Below are positions 47,841 through 56,680 of a DNA stretch of 64,000 nt, one piece after another. A model generated the notes under the pieces. The model saw nothing but the letters and a program-made list of their open reading frames with translations. It made no database searches and was not told the DNA's origin. This DNA is from a virus. The stretch is from the IMG/VR virus record IMGVR_UViG_3300023174_000122, positions 1 through 64,000 of that record. One strand, given 5' to 3'. A program made the translations under genes and the position numbers. Each line of letters opens with the position of its first letter. Position 1 is the stretch's first letter.

Positions 47841-49530
47841 ATATAATTACGCAAGAATATACATGACAGGATTTAGGAGCGCGCCTATTGAAATAGCAAC
47901 TCTTACTGAATTTAATAATAATAAAATTTCTTTTGAGCAACGCCCAATAAATAAAATTAAAATTAAAAACATAACTTTGTTCTCAACTTATAATTTTACT
48001 CCAGACCCAGGAACAATTTTGAGTGGGATAAGCTCAATATATGATTCTTCTTATTCTGGAGATCTTTATAGCAAAGTCACTGGAATTGGAGAATTTATAG
48101 ACGTAGGTAGCACAAATTCTTCTGGAATATATTTTGCTTCTGGATATCAGACTGGGATATTTATTGATGGACAAAATTTTTATGATACTCATGGAAGACC
48201 TGTAACGCCAGTCAATACTAATTTTAGCATAGACTCTTCTAGTAATGTTAAATATATTTTAAGTGGTATTTTTACTGGATTACAAATTAAAAATAATTAT
48301 AGTCCTTTAGATGCTGATTTAGAAAAAATTTCATTCTCTGGTAATTCTCCAATAGCTTATAGAGAACATTCTTACACTGGAGTATATACTGGAATATCAC
48401 AAATTAAAGATAATTTTTACAATGAAAATACTAACGTAGTATCTTTCTTTAAAAACTTTTTTTATACCGTTTATGGAACTGCACCATGGAACACAAGTTT
48501 TAATGTCGTAAATGATACATCAAATGGCCCAGGAGAGACTATTGGTATGGCTATTTTAAATAAAATTTTAAACAATGGCTCTGGATATGCAGATGAAATT
48601 AGAAATATAATAGCTAGCGGCAATATACCAAAAGTAAGATTACCAAGAAATAATTTAACAGGACGTGCAGTATTGACTGGATTTTTAACAGGTAGAGTCT
48701 CACCTGAAAATTTTGGTTTGGGTGGAGTTGGTTCTGGATTTAAAAACTTTTTAAAATTAATAACTGGCTCTGGAATAAACGCCAAACAAGATTATGGTAC
48801 AGGATTTTTAAATGCATATAATTATTTAAATTATAATACTCCAGTAGAGTCCGATTCTATAAATATAGAAGATGATGTTAGTGGTAATTTTTATACTTTA
48901 ACTTATTCAACTGACCCATTGTTAACAGCTCCTCTTTATTTTAATTCAATACAAACTCTTAATAATATTATTAATTCTGGTAGCGGATCTTATGGGGTCT
49001 ATTCTCAAGTAATTGGAACAAAATTAAAATTAACTTCTGCATATTCTGGAGAAAGTGGAAATCTTATACAAATAAATACTTTTGGTTCTGCCACTACTCC
49101 CACGCTTCAAAATGGAAATTATTTACTGAGTGGAGAGACTTATTACGAATCTCTAATATCTACTGGAGTATTTAGTTCTTTTGTTGGAGGCACGGTTCTT
49201 GCTACAGGTCTTATGGCACAAAATTATTCTGATTATATTACTGGCAATATGACTGGAACTTTAGGAATAAAAACTTTTGCTAATACTTGGGATTTATATT
49301 TATCAGAAGATGGTTTATCTTATGCTTATGCTAGTCAAATGACTGGTAAAACTACTCCTACTACTGTAGATTATACAACTAATTATATTGATGAAGCTAC
49401 AATAAATTCTTATATTGTAAAACTTGTATATAAGAATCCTAACCCTAGAATATATGATGATATTGTAGCTCTTAAAATAAGAGTAAACAATAATCAACAA
49501 ATTATCATGAACATAACAGGAGTTGCATAA
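47833..49530 (+). CDS. [S/T]G-rich virion structural protein
   Basis: 565-aa ORF, dense SG/TG. Confidence 0.6.
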   Translation: MSKYNYARIYMTGFRSAPIEIATLTEFNNNKISFEQRPINKIKIKNITLFSTYNFTPDPGTILSGISSIYDSSYSGDLYSKVTGIGEFIDVGSTNSSGIYFASGYQTGIFIDGQNFYDTHGRPVTPVNTNFSIDSSSNVKYILSGIFTGLQIKNNYSPLDADLEKISFSGNSPIAYREHSYTGVYTGISQIKDNFYNENTNVVSFFKNFFYTVYGTAPWNTSFNVVNDTSNGPGETIGMAILNKILNNGSGYADEIRNIIASGNIPKVRLPRNNLTGRAVLTGFLTGRVSPENFGLGGVGSGFKNFLKLITGSGINAKQDYGTGFLNAYNYLNYNTPVESDSINIEDDVSGNFYTLTYSTDPLLTAPLYFNSIQTLNNIINSGSGSYGVYSQVIGTKLKLTSAYSGESGNLIQINTFGSATTPTLQNGNYLLSGETYYESLISTGVFSSFVGGTVLATGLMAQNYSDYITGNMTGTLGIKTFANTWDLYLSEDGLSYAYASQMTGKTTPTTVDYTTNYIDEATINSYIVKLVYKNPNPRIYDDIVALKIRVNNNQQIIMNITGVA

Positions 49531-49531
49531 T

Positions 49532-50227
49532 ATGCCTGCACCACAATTTAAATCTATAACTCCTGCTAATCAAAATGCTCGATTTCCTTTTGAAGTAGAT
49601 ATAACAAATGACGGTAATGGAAACTATTTTGCTAATGTCAATCCTAGCTCCGTTATTTATAAATCTTTAAATTCAAAAGACATGATGGTATATAGCGGAT
49701 ATATTGATCAAGCAACAAATGCTCTTATATTAGCTACCGAAGGAAGTATCAGTGGACATGTAATAAATGGATTAGGTTCACCAACTAAATTAGATTCAAC
49801 TAAAGAAAATCATATTATATATTTAGAAGTAGGGATTGGACCAAATCTTTATGCAACTGGAGCATCAATAAAAGTATCTGATCTCATAAAACCCTGGAGC
49901 GGTTATCCAGAATCAATTATCTATAATCCACCTTTAGAATTTGATGAAAAAGGTGATTTAAAAAGCAGCGTTATTTATAGAAGACAAACAGCAGCTATTT
50001 TTCCACTAGCGTATTTAACAAATGACATAAATCAGGCTGGAAAAACTGTAATAATTAAAAAATCAGAAACAGACAAAACACCAAAAATTTATAAATTAGT
50101 GCAAACGATTGACTATTGTATATTAATGACAACTTTCAATTATGATGGAAATCCAGTAGCTTATGGTGTTCCTTTTATGAATCCATTTCTTTGGTATAGT
50201 AGTAGTAGTAGCAGTAGTACGAGTTAA
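49532..50227 (+). CDS. hypothetical virion protein ending in poly-Ser (start revised to ATG 49532)
   Basis: SD AGGAG at 49518; C-terminus WYSSSSSSSTS. Confidence 0.6.
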   Translation: MPAPQFKSITPANQNARFPFEVDITNDGNGNYFANVNPSSVIYKSLNSKDMMVYSGYIDQATNALILATEGSISGHVINGLGSPTKLDSTKENHIIYLEVGIGPNLYATGASIKVSDLIKPWSGYPESIIYNPPLEFDEKGDLKSSVIYRRQTAAIFPLAYLTNDINQAGKTVIIKKSETDKTPKIYKLVQTIDYCILMTTFNYDGNPVAYGVPFMNPFLWYSSSSSSSTS

Positions 50228-50228
50228 T

Positions 50229-51533
50229 ATGAACGGATTAACGTCAACAAATTGGAATAACTCTTATGGAATGGAGAATCCAAAAAATATTTTAAATAAA
50301 GTAATTAGCCACGGAGCGCTACCAATTAATCAAAATTATGTATTTTTTAATAATGGTGCAACAAGATTTATTAATGATTCTAAATTAACTCCAGAAATTA
50401 AAAAAGCTTTAGAAGATGAAAGAATAAAAAGAGGTCGTGGTCCAATACATGGCTCTGGTACGATCAGACCGATTGGATTCACTGAAGCTGAGATGTCTGA
50501 TTTATTTTATAATTCATATGGTTTAGACGTTAGAATTTCTAGTGTACCACCTCCTATAGATCCTCTTACTATCGCCCTCTTAACCACGGGAGTAGGAAGT
50601 CTAGTGCAACTTCTAGCAGCTATGAGTATTTATTATATATTACTTGATGTACTCAGAATTTTTTCTTCTAGTGCTAGTTTTCAATTACCTAAATTAGGAT
50701 TTTCTGATTTTTACGGTTATGAAGAAAAACCAGTCGACCCTAAAAGCATTTTAAAAATAATTAATAGAAATTATCCATTGACAAATGATGGCGAATTACC
50801 AAATAATAGATTCGTAAATTTATCAAGTCAAGCAGCATTTAAAAAAATAACAGGAAATTCAAGTTACGATACTACCTTATCTAAGTATCAATTTAATGGG
50901 GGAGGAGGTTTTTCTACTGATTTACGTGGAGAACAAATGAAAAAATATATAGATAATTTATTAGGAAATTTAACAATAGAAAAATCACAAATAAATAAAT
51001 TAAAAAAATTTTTTCCTAAAGATAGCGCTGCAATAGAAACTGCTCAACAAAATAAAAAAGCACTTCTAGAAATAATGAAAACTAAAACTAATCTTGGTGC
51101 AAATTATATACATGCAGATTTTTTAGATTATGTACCAGTTCTACTTTCTTCTAGACAAAAAGGTTATCCTAATAAAGAGAAAGAAAAGTCTATATTTGGT
51201 CCATATATATGTAGATCTAAAAGAACATACCTATATTACCCAAAAATTATAGTTTCAACTGGAGCGATGTCTACTTTAAATTCTCCTCAGTTTTCCAGTA
51301 TGGAAATCTTAAATCTAGGGGTTACTGTTTTTGGTGGATATCCAGATTTTTTTAGCACAGCTACTTTTGAAGATCTCGGACAATATATGGGCCTGGTATT
51401 AAGGATTGCTTCGTATGGAAGATTACCAATGCTCGGCGGTGCCTGTAATGTGCTAAATAAAGACCAAGCTTTTAATTTAGGAGCAGCCTTTAATCAAAAG
51501 ACACAATTCAAAGCAAAATCAGACGGATGCTAA
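50229..51533 (+). CDS. hypothetical protein with hydrophobic segment
   Basis: LTIALLTTGVGSLVQLLAAMSIYYILLDVL possible membrane helix. Confidence 0.55.
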   Translation: MNGLTSTNWNNSYGMENPKNILNKVISHGALPINQNYVFFNNGATRFINDSKLTPEIKKALEDERIKRGRGPIHGSGTIRPIGFTEAEMSDLFYNSYGLDVRISSVPPPIDPLTIALLTTGVGSLVQLLAAMSIYYILLDVLRIFSSSASFQLPKLGFSDFYGYEEKPVDPKSILKIINRNYPLTNDGELPNNRFVNLSSQAAFKKITGNSSYDTTLSKYQFNGGGGFSTDLRGEQMKKYIDNLLGNLTIEKSQINKLKKFFPKDSAAIETAQQNKKALLEIMKTKTNLGANYIHADFLDYVPVLLSSRQKGYPNKEKEKSIFGPYICRSKRTYLYYPKIIVSTGAMSTLNSPQFSSMEILNLGVTVFGGYPDFFSTATFEDLGQYMGLVLRIASYGRLPMLGGACNVLNKDQAFNLGAAFNQKTQFKAKSDGC

Positions 51534-52330
51534 ATCTTTTTTATTCTTTCTATAAGCTCAAATATCTTAGCTTTAGGAATATCATTTAATGAGTTTATTT
51601 TTTCAGCATTTTCGAAATTTTCTTTAATTAATTTAATTTTTAAATTATCAAACGATATATTCTTTTGTTTCATTATTTTTTCTAAAAGATTAAGCGGAGA
51701 AGTAGGGTTTTCTTGAACTTTGTTAGCCTCTTCTAGAAGTTTAGCGTCTCCAAGTTCTTCTTGAGAAACTATATTAATCTTAAGAAAATTACGTACACAT
51801 CTTACAAACGCTCTATTCTCAGCAATCGCCGCTAAAAAGAATCTTGCAAAACTTTTTGTATTATTAACTGTCGCATCAGCTAGTGATTCAAAAATAATTT
51901 CATTACCATTTGTTTCGTAATTAGGCGACCAAGTAATCCTACAGCTTGTAGCAAAATATGTATCTGTGGCAGACACTACATTATATTCTACTTTTGTATA
52001 ACCACGAATTTGAGCTAATTCTTTAATTCCACCCAAAAGGATAAGAAGGTCTTTATCTTCTAGTTTAGATACATCTGTTTCTTGAGTCTTTTGACGGTTA
52101 TTGACGAGATACTCTGTTTTAACCATTTTACGCCAATTTATTGTACCATCATCATTATATACATAATTGATGCTCTTATCTTCTATTAAGCCGTACTTAT
52201 TTCTAGAAATTAATTTGGGTGGTACTACTGAAGCTTCTTCGACTTTAGATGTTATATGAATAGTGTCACTATTAAGGTCAGAACTATTAGCTGAAACTGT
52301 ATTTTCCTGAGATTTAATTTTAGGGCTCAT
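51530..52330 (-). CDS. Rad52/Sak-like single-strand annealing protein
   Basis: LLGGIKELA...ESLADAT...AIAENRAFVRCVR pattern. Confidence 0.5.
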   Translation of the reverse strand: MSPKIKSQENTVSANSSDLNSDTIHITSKVEEASVVPPKLISRNKYGLIEDKSINYVYNDDGTINWRKMVKTEYLVNNRQKTQETDVSKLEDKDLLILLGGIKELAQIRGYTKVEYNVVSATDTYFATSCRITWSPNYETNGNEIIFESLADATVNNTKSFARFFLAAIAENRAFVRCVRNFLKINIVSQEELGDAKLLEEANKVQENPTSPLNLLEKIMKQKNISFDNLKIKLIKENFENAEKINSLNDIPKAKIFELIERIKKI

Positions 52331-52336
52331 TCTAAG

Positions 52337-52365
52337 ATGATACCCTGTCTTTAACTTTTTGTCAA
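52337..52365 (-). promoter_or_regulatory. sigma70 promoter TTGACA-N17-TATCAT, leaderless
   Basis: Near-consensus; -10 ends 6 nt before ATG 52330. Confidence 0.7.
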
Positions 52366-53541
52366 GTCCATAGAAAATATATAAAATTTATTTGGGTTCT
52401 CATTTATTATTTTAATATCATAAAATTCTTGAACATTTTCATTGATATTTTTAATAGGTTTATTATCGAAAAATGCTTTTTCACTTAAGAAAACTTGACC
52501 TTTACTTAATATAAGATTATTAGATTTATAAAATATATTTTTATTTGGTTGTAGGGTTATTTTTTCTTCTATCTCTTTGTGCTTTAAAGGAACCTGTATA
52601 ATTATTCCTTCGTCTATATATGCCATTTTATATTTATTTAAATCATCTTTTTCTAGGTATGAATATAATTGATATTTTATATTTAATCTCTTGAGGTCTT
52701 TAATGAAGCTTGCACTAGATTCATCTTGGATAAAGTAATTAACGCCGAGAATTGCGGCTTTGTTCTGTTTTAAGATATCCAAATCAATAGGCCGATCAGA
52801 GGATATAATGCATGGCATTAATTTGAGTTGTTGATTTAAATTTTTCTCATCAAAAAATAAATCCATTCTAACTACGCCTTGATTTACTGTTTGAGTACGC
52901 TCTACAACATGATCAGGTACGATATGAAAAATTTTATTATTAAATAATCTACCAAGATAAATAGTATTAATCAATGAAAGTTTATTCTTTATATTTAGAG
53001 TTTTTAAAATGCTCTGTGCAATTAGTTCTGGTTTAATATTATTAATAGCCCTTGGATTTTCGTCAGCTGAATAACTTGGTTTGCTACCATTTCTTTCTGG
53101 TTCTAATAAGATCATATCTTCTTCTTTAGTCCAATAAGGTTTTACATTAGCTATATTGTTATTACTGTAAACTGCTACTATTTTTTTTCCATATCCAGAT
53201 GCAATATGAGCTCCAAAGCTATCTGCTCCTACGTGCATTAATGAATTTTTAATAATATATGCTACTTGTTTGATGTTCGTTTGACCAACTACACTATAGC
53301 AATTTTGTAAAATAGGCTCTTTATCTGCGCCAATTTGGACTATGGTTATATTATTTTCTCTTAAATGAGGCAAAATTAAATCAACAACTTCTTGCCAATA
53401 TTCATAATTTTTAGAATTAAATTTGCTATACGGCTGTAAACATATATATTTTTCAAGAGCCAACGGAAAATAAGATTCCAATATAAATGGCTTTCCTATT
53501 TTTAATCCAGAAGATGTAGCGTATGATTCTATTAGGTGCAT
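52351..53541 (-). CDS. glycosyltransferase family 9-like, C-terminal lobe plus unknown domain
   Basis: KNYEYWQEVV...IVQIG...GQTNIKQVAYII...HVGADSFGAHIASG. Confidence 0.7.
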   Translation of the reverse strand: MHLIESYATSSGLKIGKPFILESYFPLALEKYICLQPYSKFNSKNYEYWQEVVDLILPHLRENNITIVQIGADKEPILQNCYSVVGQTNIKQVAYIIKNSLMHVGADSFGAHIASGYGKKIVAVYSNNNIANVKPYWTKEEDMILLEPERNGSKPSYSADENPRAINNIKPELIAQSILKTLNIKNKLSLINTIYLGRLFNNKIFHIVPDHVVERTQTVNQGVVRMDLFFDEKNLNQQLKLMPCIISSDRPIDLDILKQNKAAILGVNYFIQDESSASFIKDLKRLNIKYQLYSYLEKDDLNKYKMAYIDEGIIIQVPLKHKEIEEKITLQPNKNIFYKSNNLILSKGQVFLSEKAFFDNKPIKNINENVQEFYDIKIINENPNKFYIFSMDLTKS

Positions 53542-53544
53542 AAA

Positions 53545-54186
53545 TTAATGAAAATTTTCTCCATATTTAGGTAAAAATGCATGTCTTATTTCTATATTTG
53601 GTTCTACTATGATTCTATGTCCAAGAGCTCTAACTTTCTCAAAAAAAGATACATGATCTAATCTTTTGTCATTAATATCATATATTACTTTTTTATGTAA
53701 ATGCGCTGGAACGATAAAACATGTGCCTACTGAATGAATCTCAGTTTTAACATCTCCATTGGATTTATTATAGGGTGGTTTAAAATCAAATTTAATTCCA
53801 TTAGAATCTATAAAACCATCAATATCATAAAATCTTTTCCAAGGCCACCAATCATTATCTTCTATATAAACATATGGGGCAACTACTTCTGTCGTTGAAA
53901 TAGATAACAATTTTTCAATTATATCAAATGGATATTCGACTATATCTGAATCCATCCAAAAAACATGAGTGTAATCATCAGTAAGATTTTCTTCTATTAT
54001 TTTATTTCTTAATCTAATCAACTTAGCATATCTATGTTCATTACCTTCAATATACCCATCATATACGGCTCGATGCTTGTTCTCGAATGTTAAATTATTA
54101 AATATATTCTCCGCATTTTGCTTCCAAATAAACCATGCTCCTTTTGGAGAGATGAGTTGTGGAACAAGCACTTTAATTTCATTCAT
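53545..54186 (-). CDS. GT-A fold glycosyltransferase (Anp1/Mnn9- or GT2-like)
   Basis: LIRLRNKII...HVFWMDSDIVEYP (DxD)...VVAP...FYD...SVGTCFIV. Confidence 0.65.
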   Translation of the reverse strand: MNEIKVLVPQLISPKGAWFIWKQNAENIFNNLTFENKHRAVYDGYIEGNEHRYAKLIRLRNKIIEENLTDDYTHVFWMDSDIVEYPFDIIEKLLSISTTEVVAPYVYIEDNDWWPWKRFYDIDGFIDSNGIKFDFKPPYNKSNGDVKTEIHSVGTCFIVPAHLHKKVIYDINDKRLDHVSFFEKVRALGHRIIVEPNIEIRHAFLPKYGENFH

Positions 54187-56095
54187 CTTTTAAATCGAAA
54201 GCTATATTTGTTTTACCATTATGTTGATAATTAAACATTCTTTGAGTTCCAATGTGTGGTAAAAATGCAATTTCAAAATATCCTTTATGATCTCCAATGC
54301 CCTCTAGCCATAATAATTGATCCATTTGTGGTATATATTGAATGACTTTATCTACAAAAGGATTGCCTTCTAATATTGAAAAATATTGAGGGTTAGTAGC
54401 GACATATAATTTTTTATTTGGATATTGCTTTTTAATTGAAGAAAACAAACTAGTAGAGATGTATATGTCTCCTATTGACTCTGGCATAACATATAAAACT
54501 CTATCTTCTGGTTTTTCTGGACCTAATATTTCTTCAAAACTAATTTTTTTATTTTTTTCATTTTCTTGAGCTGCAATTTTTCTGAAATAATTTTCAATAT
54601 CGTTACGTTTTGCGCCTTTAGCTATTTGTTCAATCCAATACTTATGACCATCATCATTGTGATCTACATGACTCATTTTAAGTATATTATTATACATGCA
54701 AGTTAGCCATTCTGCATCATCTTTAATTTCTGGTATTTGGAAATATGGATCTCTTTGCTCCTCTTTTGCGGAAAAATCATAGTTTGTTTCTGGAGCACTA
54801 TCAATAAAATCTTCTATAAATTTACCAACAGTTTCAACGGAGAAATGCTCTATAGTCCACTCTCGGGCTTTTTTGCCCATCTCTTTCTTTTTTAGAGATG
54901 GCATATTGTATACTTTATGTATTTGTTTCGCTATTGAAGATGGTTTAGTAGAAGCTTTTTTAAATTCTGTCCCATGCTCTCTATACTCTGTCCAATCAAG
55001 AGCTAAAGACTGAGCATCATCTTCGCACATTTCTTGCCCACAACTATAGTCTGTAACTAAAGTTATAAGTTCTGTTAATTTAGCCTCTTGAATAGGAATT
55101 TCTTGACCTCCACTAGTAAATGGATGACAATATACATCCATCAAATTATATACTTCATTTAATTGCTCTTCTGTAATTCCTAAACCTACGTTTGTAGTGA
55201 TTTGAGATTTTTCGCTACCGCAGAATCTACAATTAACTTCTTGCCCATGGAATGGTTTAATTTCATAGTCACCACAACTTCTGCATATATAAGTTGTTAG
55301 TATTTCCTTTAGGTCAATTCCATATTCTTGAGCTAATCTATGTATATTCCATCCTTCTCCCCAATGAGTGTGCAAAAGAAGATATGTATTTTTAATCTTA
55401 GGATTCTGTTGTTTCCAAAGAGCATATCCTTCTAAAAGATTTGGTACGCTTTTTCTAAGCTGGTTTCTAAATACGAAACCAACTATGAATGCGTCTAATG
55501 GAATGTTGTTCTTTTTTCTGAGTTCTTCTTTTTTATGATTCTCTAGCCTATAAAAGTTTTTTGTTTCAATCGGTCCGTGTACAGTTTTAACATGTTTATG
55601 CCCTAGATCGTGCATTGCTTTTGTAGCAAAATTACTCCAAATCCAATAATTTTTAATTTTATCTGCTTTGGTAAGCGCAGATGGTAGAATAGGTAAAGAG
55701 TCTAAAGTCGTCCATAATACCGAAGGGATTTTATTAAACCATTTTTTATCTACTGAAAAATCAATACCCCAAATATCTTGCACGGCTATATAAATATCAG
55801 GTTTTTCTTCCTGCATTACTTTATCTAAGTAATGTGCGCCATAACTAGCTAACCTAGCTACATTAGGGTCTTTATTTAATTCTTGTAATTCTTGTTGCGA
55901 ATTAGGTAATGATCCTACGCTTTTCCATGGGGTTCTTTCAAATTCTGGATGATGATAAGGTAATCCACAAGAATAATGCACTATGTCATATTTACCCGTA
56001 TTATATAAATACGATAATAAAGCTTTCGCTGCCCTGCCAAATCCAGTTTTAGCTAAACTAAAATCAGATTGATATAGTAGTTTCTTTTTTTTCAT
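54179..56095 (-). CDS. multidomain glycosyltransferase: GT4 (GT-B) with Zn ribbon, DUF4214-like region, GT9 N-lobe
   Basis: TGFGR, FRNQLRK, HPFTSGGQEIPIQEA; CRSC/CRFC; MYNNILK...DDGHKYW; C-terminal ESIGD...IKKQYP...ILEGNPFVDKV. Confidence 0.75.
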   Translation of the reverse strand: MKKKKLLYQSDFSLAKTGFGRAAKALLSYLYNTGKYDIVHYSCGLPYHHPEFERTPWKSVGSLPNSQQELQELNKDPNVARLASYGAHYLDKVMQEEKPDIYIAVQDIWGIDFSVDKKWFNKIPSVLWTTLDSLPILPSALTKADKIKNYWIWSNFATKAMHDLGHKHVKTVHGPIETKNFYRLENHKKEELRKKNNIPLDAFIVGFVFRNQLRKSVPNLLEGYALWKQQNPKIKNTYLLLHTHWGEGWNIHRLAQEYGIDLKEILTTYICRSCGDYEIKPFHGQEVNCRFCGSEKSQITTNVGLGITEEQLNEVYNLMDVYCHPFTSGGQEIPIQEAKLTELITLVTDYSCGQEMCEDDAQSLALDWTEYREHGTEFKKASTKPSSIAKQIHKVYNMPSLKKKEMGKKAREWTIEHFSVETVGKFIEDFIDSAPETNYDFSAKEEQRDPYFQIPEIKDDAEWLTCMYNNILKMSHVDHNDDGHKYWIEQIAKGAKRNDIENYFRKIAAQENEKNKKISFEEILGPEKPEDRVLYVMPESIGDIYISTSLFSSIKKQYPNKKLYVATNPQYFSILEGNPFVDKVIQYIPQMDQLLWLEGIGDHKGYFEIAFLPHIGTQRMFNYQHNGKTNIAFDLKDE

Positions 56096-56099
56096 TCTA

Positions 56100-56645
56100 C
56101 TACCAAAGATCGCTATCGTCTTTGGGGGTCAAATTTTCAGGTGCAGACTCTCCTTCTTTTTTATTTTTTAATTTCTTAATAGACTCTATTCTCTGAGATT
56201 CAAATACAGAAGTTAAAGAATATGATAGGAACTCTTTTAAAAGGCGAGCCTCATTGAAATAAAAGCCAATTAAATATGATTGTTTGTTTTCACTATTTTG
56301 CTTATCTTCTTTATTAACTGCGTAAGAAAATCCAACTTGTTTTTCATCTCTCATGTATGGACATAATTTAATTCTAGTAGTCTGCTTCTCTGAAGTATGA
56401 TACGCTGAAAACTCTGTATTTCTTTCAATAGCGTCTAACATACCAGCTGTTTCAGTTAAAGAGAATTTAACTTTAACGCTTTTATTTGGATTATTTTGAT
56501 TTTCCGAAAATGAACCGATTTTCTTTGCCTCATTCCAAGAGGATTGTTTAATTAATGAGCCCCAAATTGAGGCATCTTTTGGATTTACTGTGAAGCTGCA
56601 AGCAGTTCCACTATTTTTACTATTAGGTTTGTAGAATGATATCAT
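56100..56645 (-). CDS. hypothetical protein, possible ssDNA-binding protein
   Basis: Replication context; beta-rich; acidic tail ending DDSDLW. Confidence 0.35.
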   Translation of the reverse strand: MISFYKPNSKNSGTACSFTVNPKDASIWGSLIKQSSWNEAKKIGSFSENQNNPNKSVKVKFSLTETAGMLDAIERNTEFSAYHTSEKQTTRIKLCPYMRDEKQVGFSYAVNKEDKQNSENKQSYLIGFYFNEARLLKEFLSYSLTSVFESQRIESIKKLKNKKEGESAPENLTPKDDSDLW

Positions 56646-56651
56646 ATAAAG

Positions 56652-56680
56652 ATATTATCTTGAATATGAAACAATGTCAA
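56652..56680 (-). promoter_or_regulatory. sigma70 promoter TTGACA-N17-TAATAT, leaderless
   Basis: -10 ends 6 nt before ATG 56645. Confidence 0.65.

Noticed and set aside
472-49500. Short minus-strand ORFs within the structural arm (e.g. 472..681, 1109..1402, 1725..2039, 3925..4272, 23655..23996, 48471..48785)
   Set aside because: Antisense shadows of long + strand genes with no start signals or motifs.
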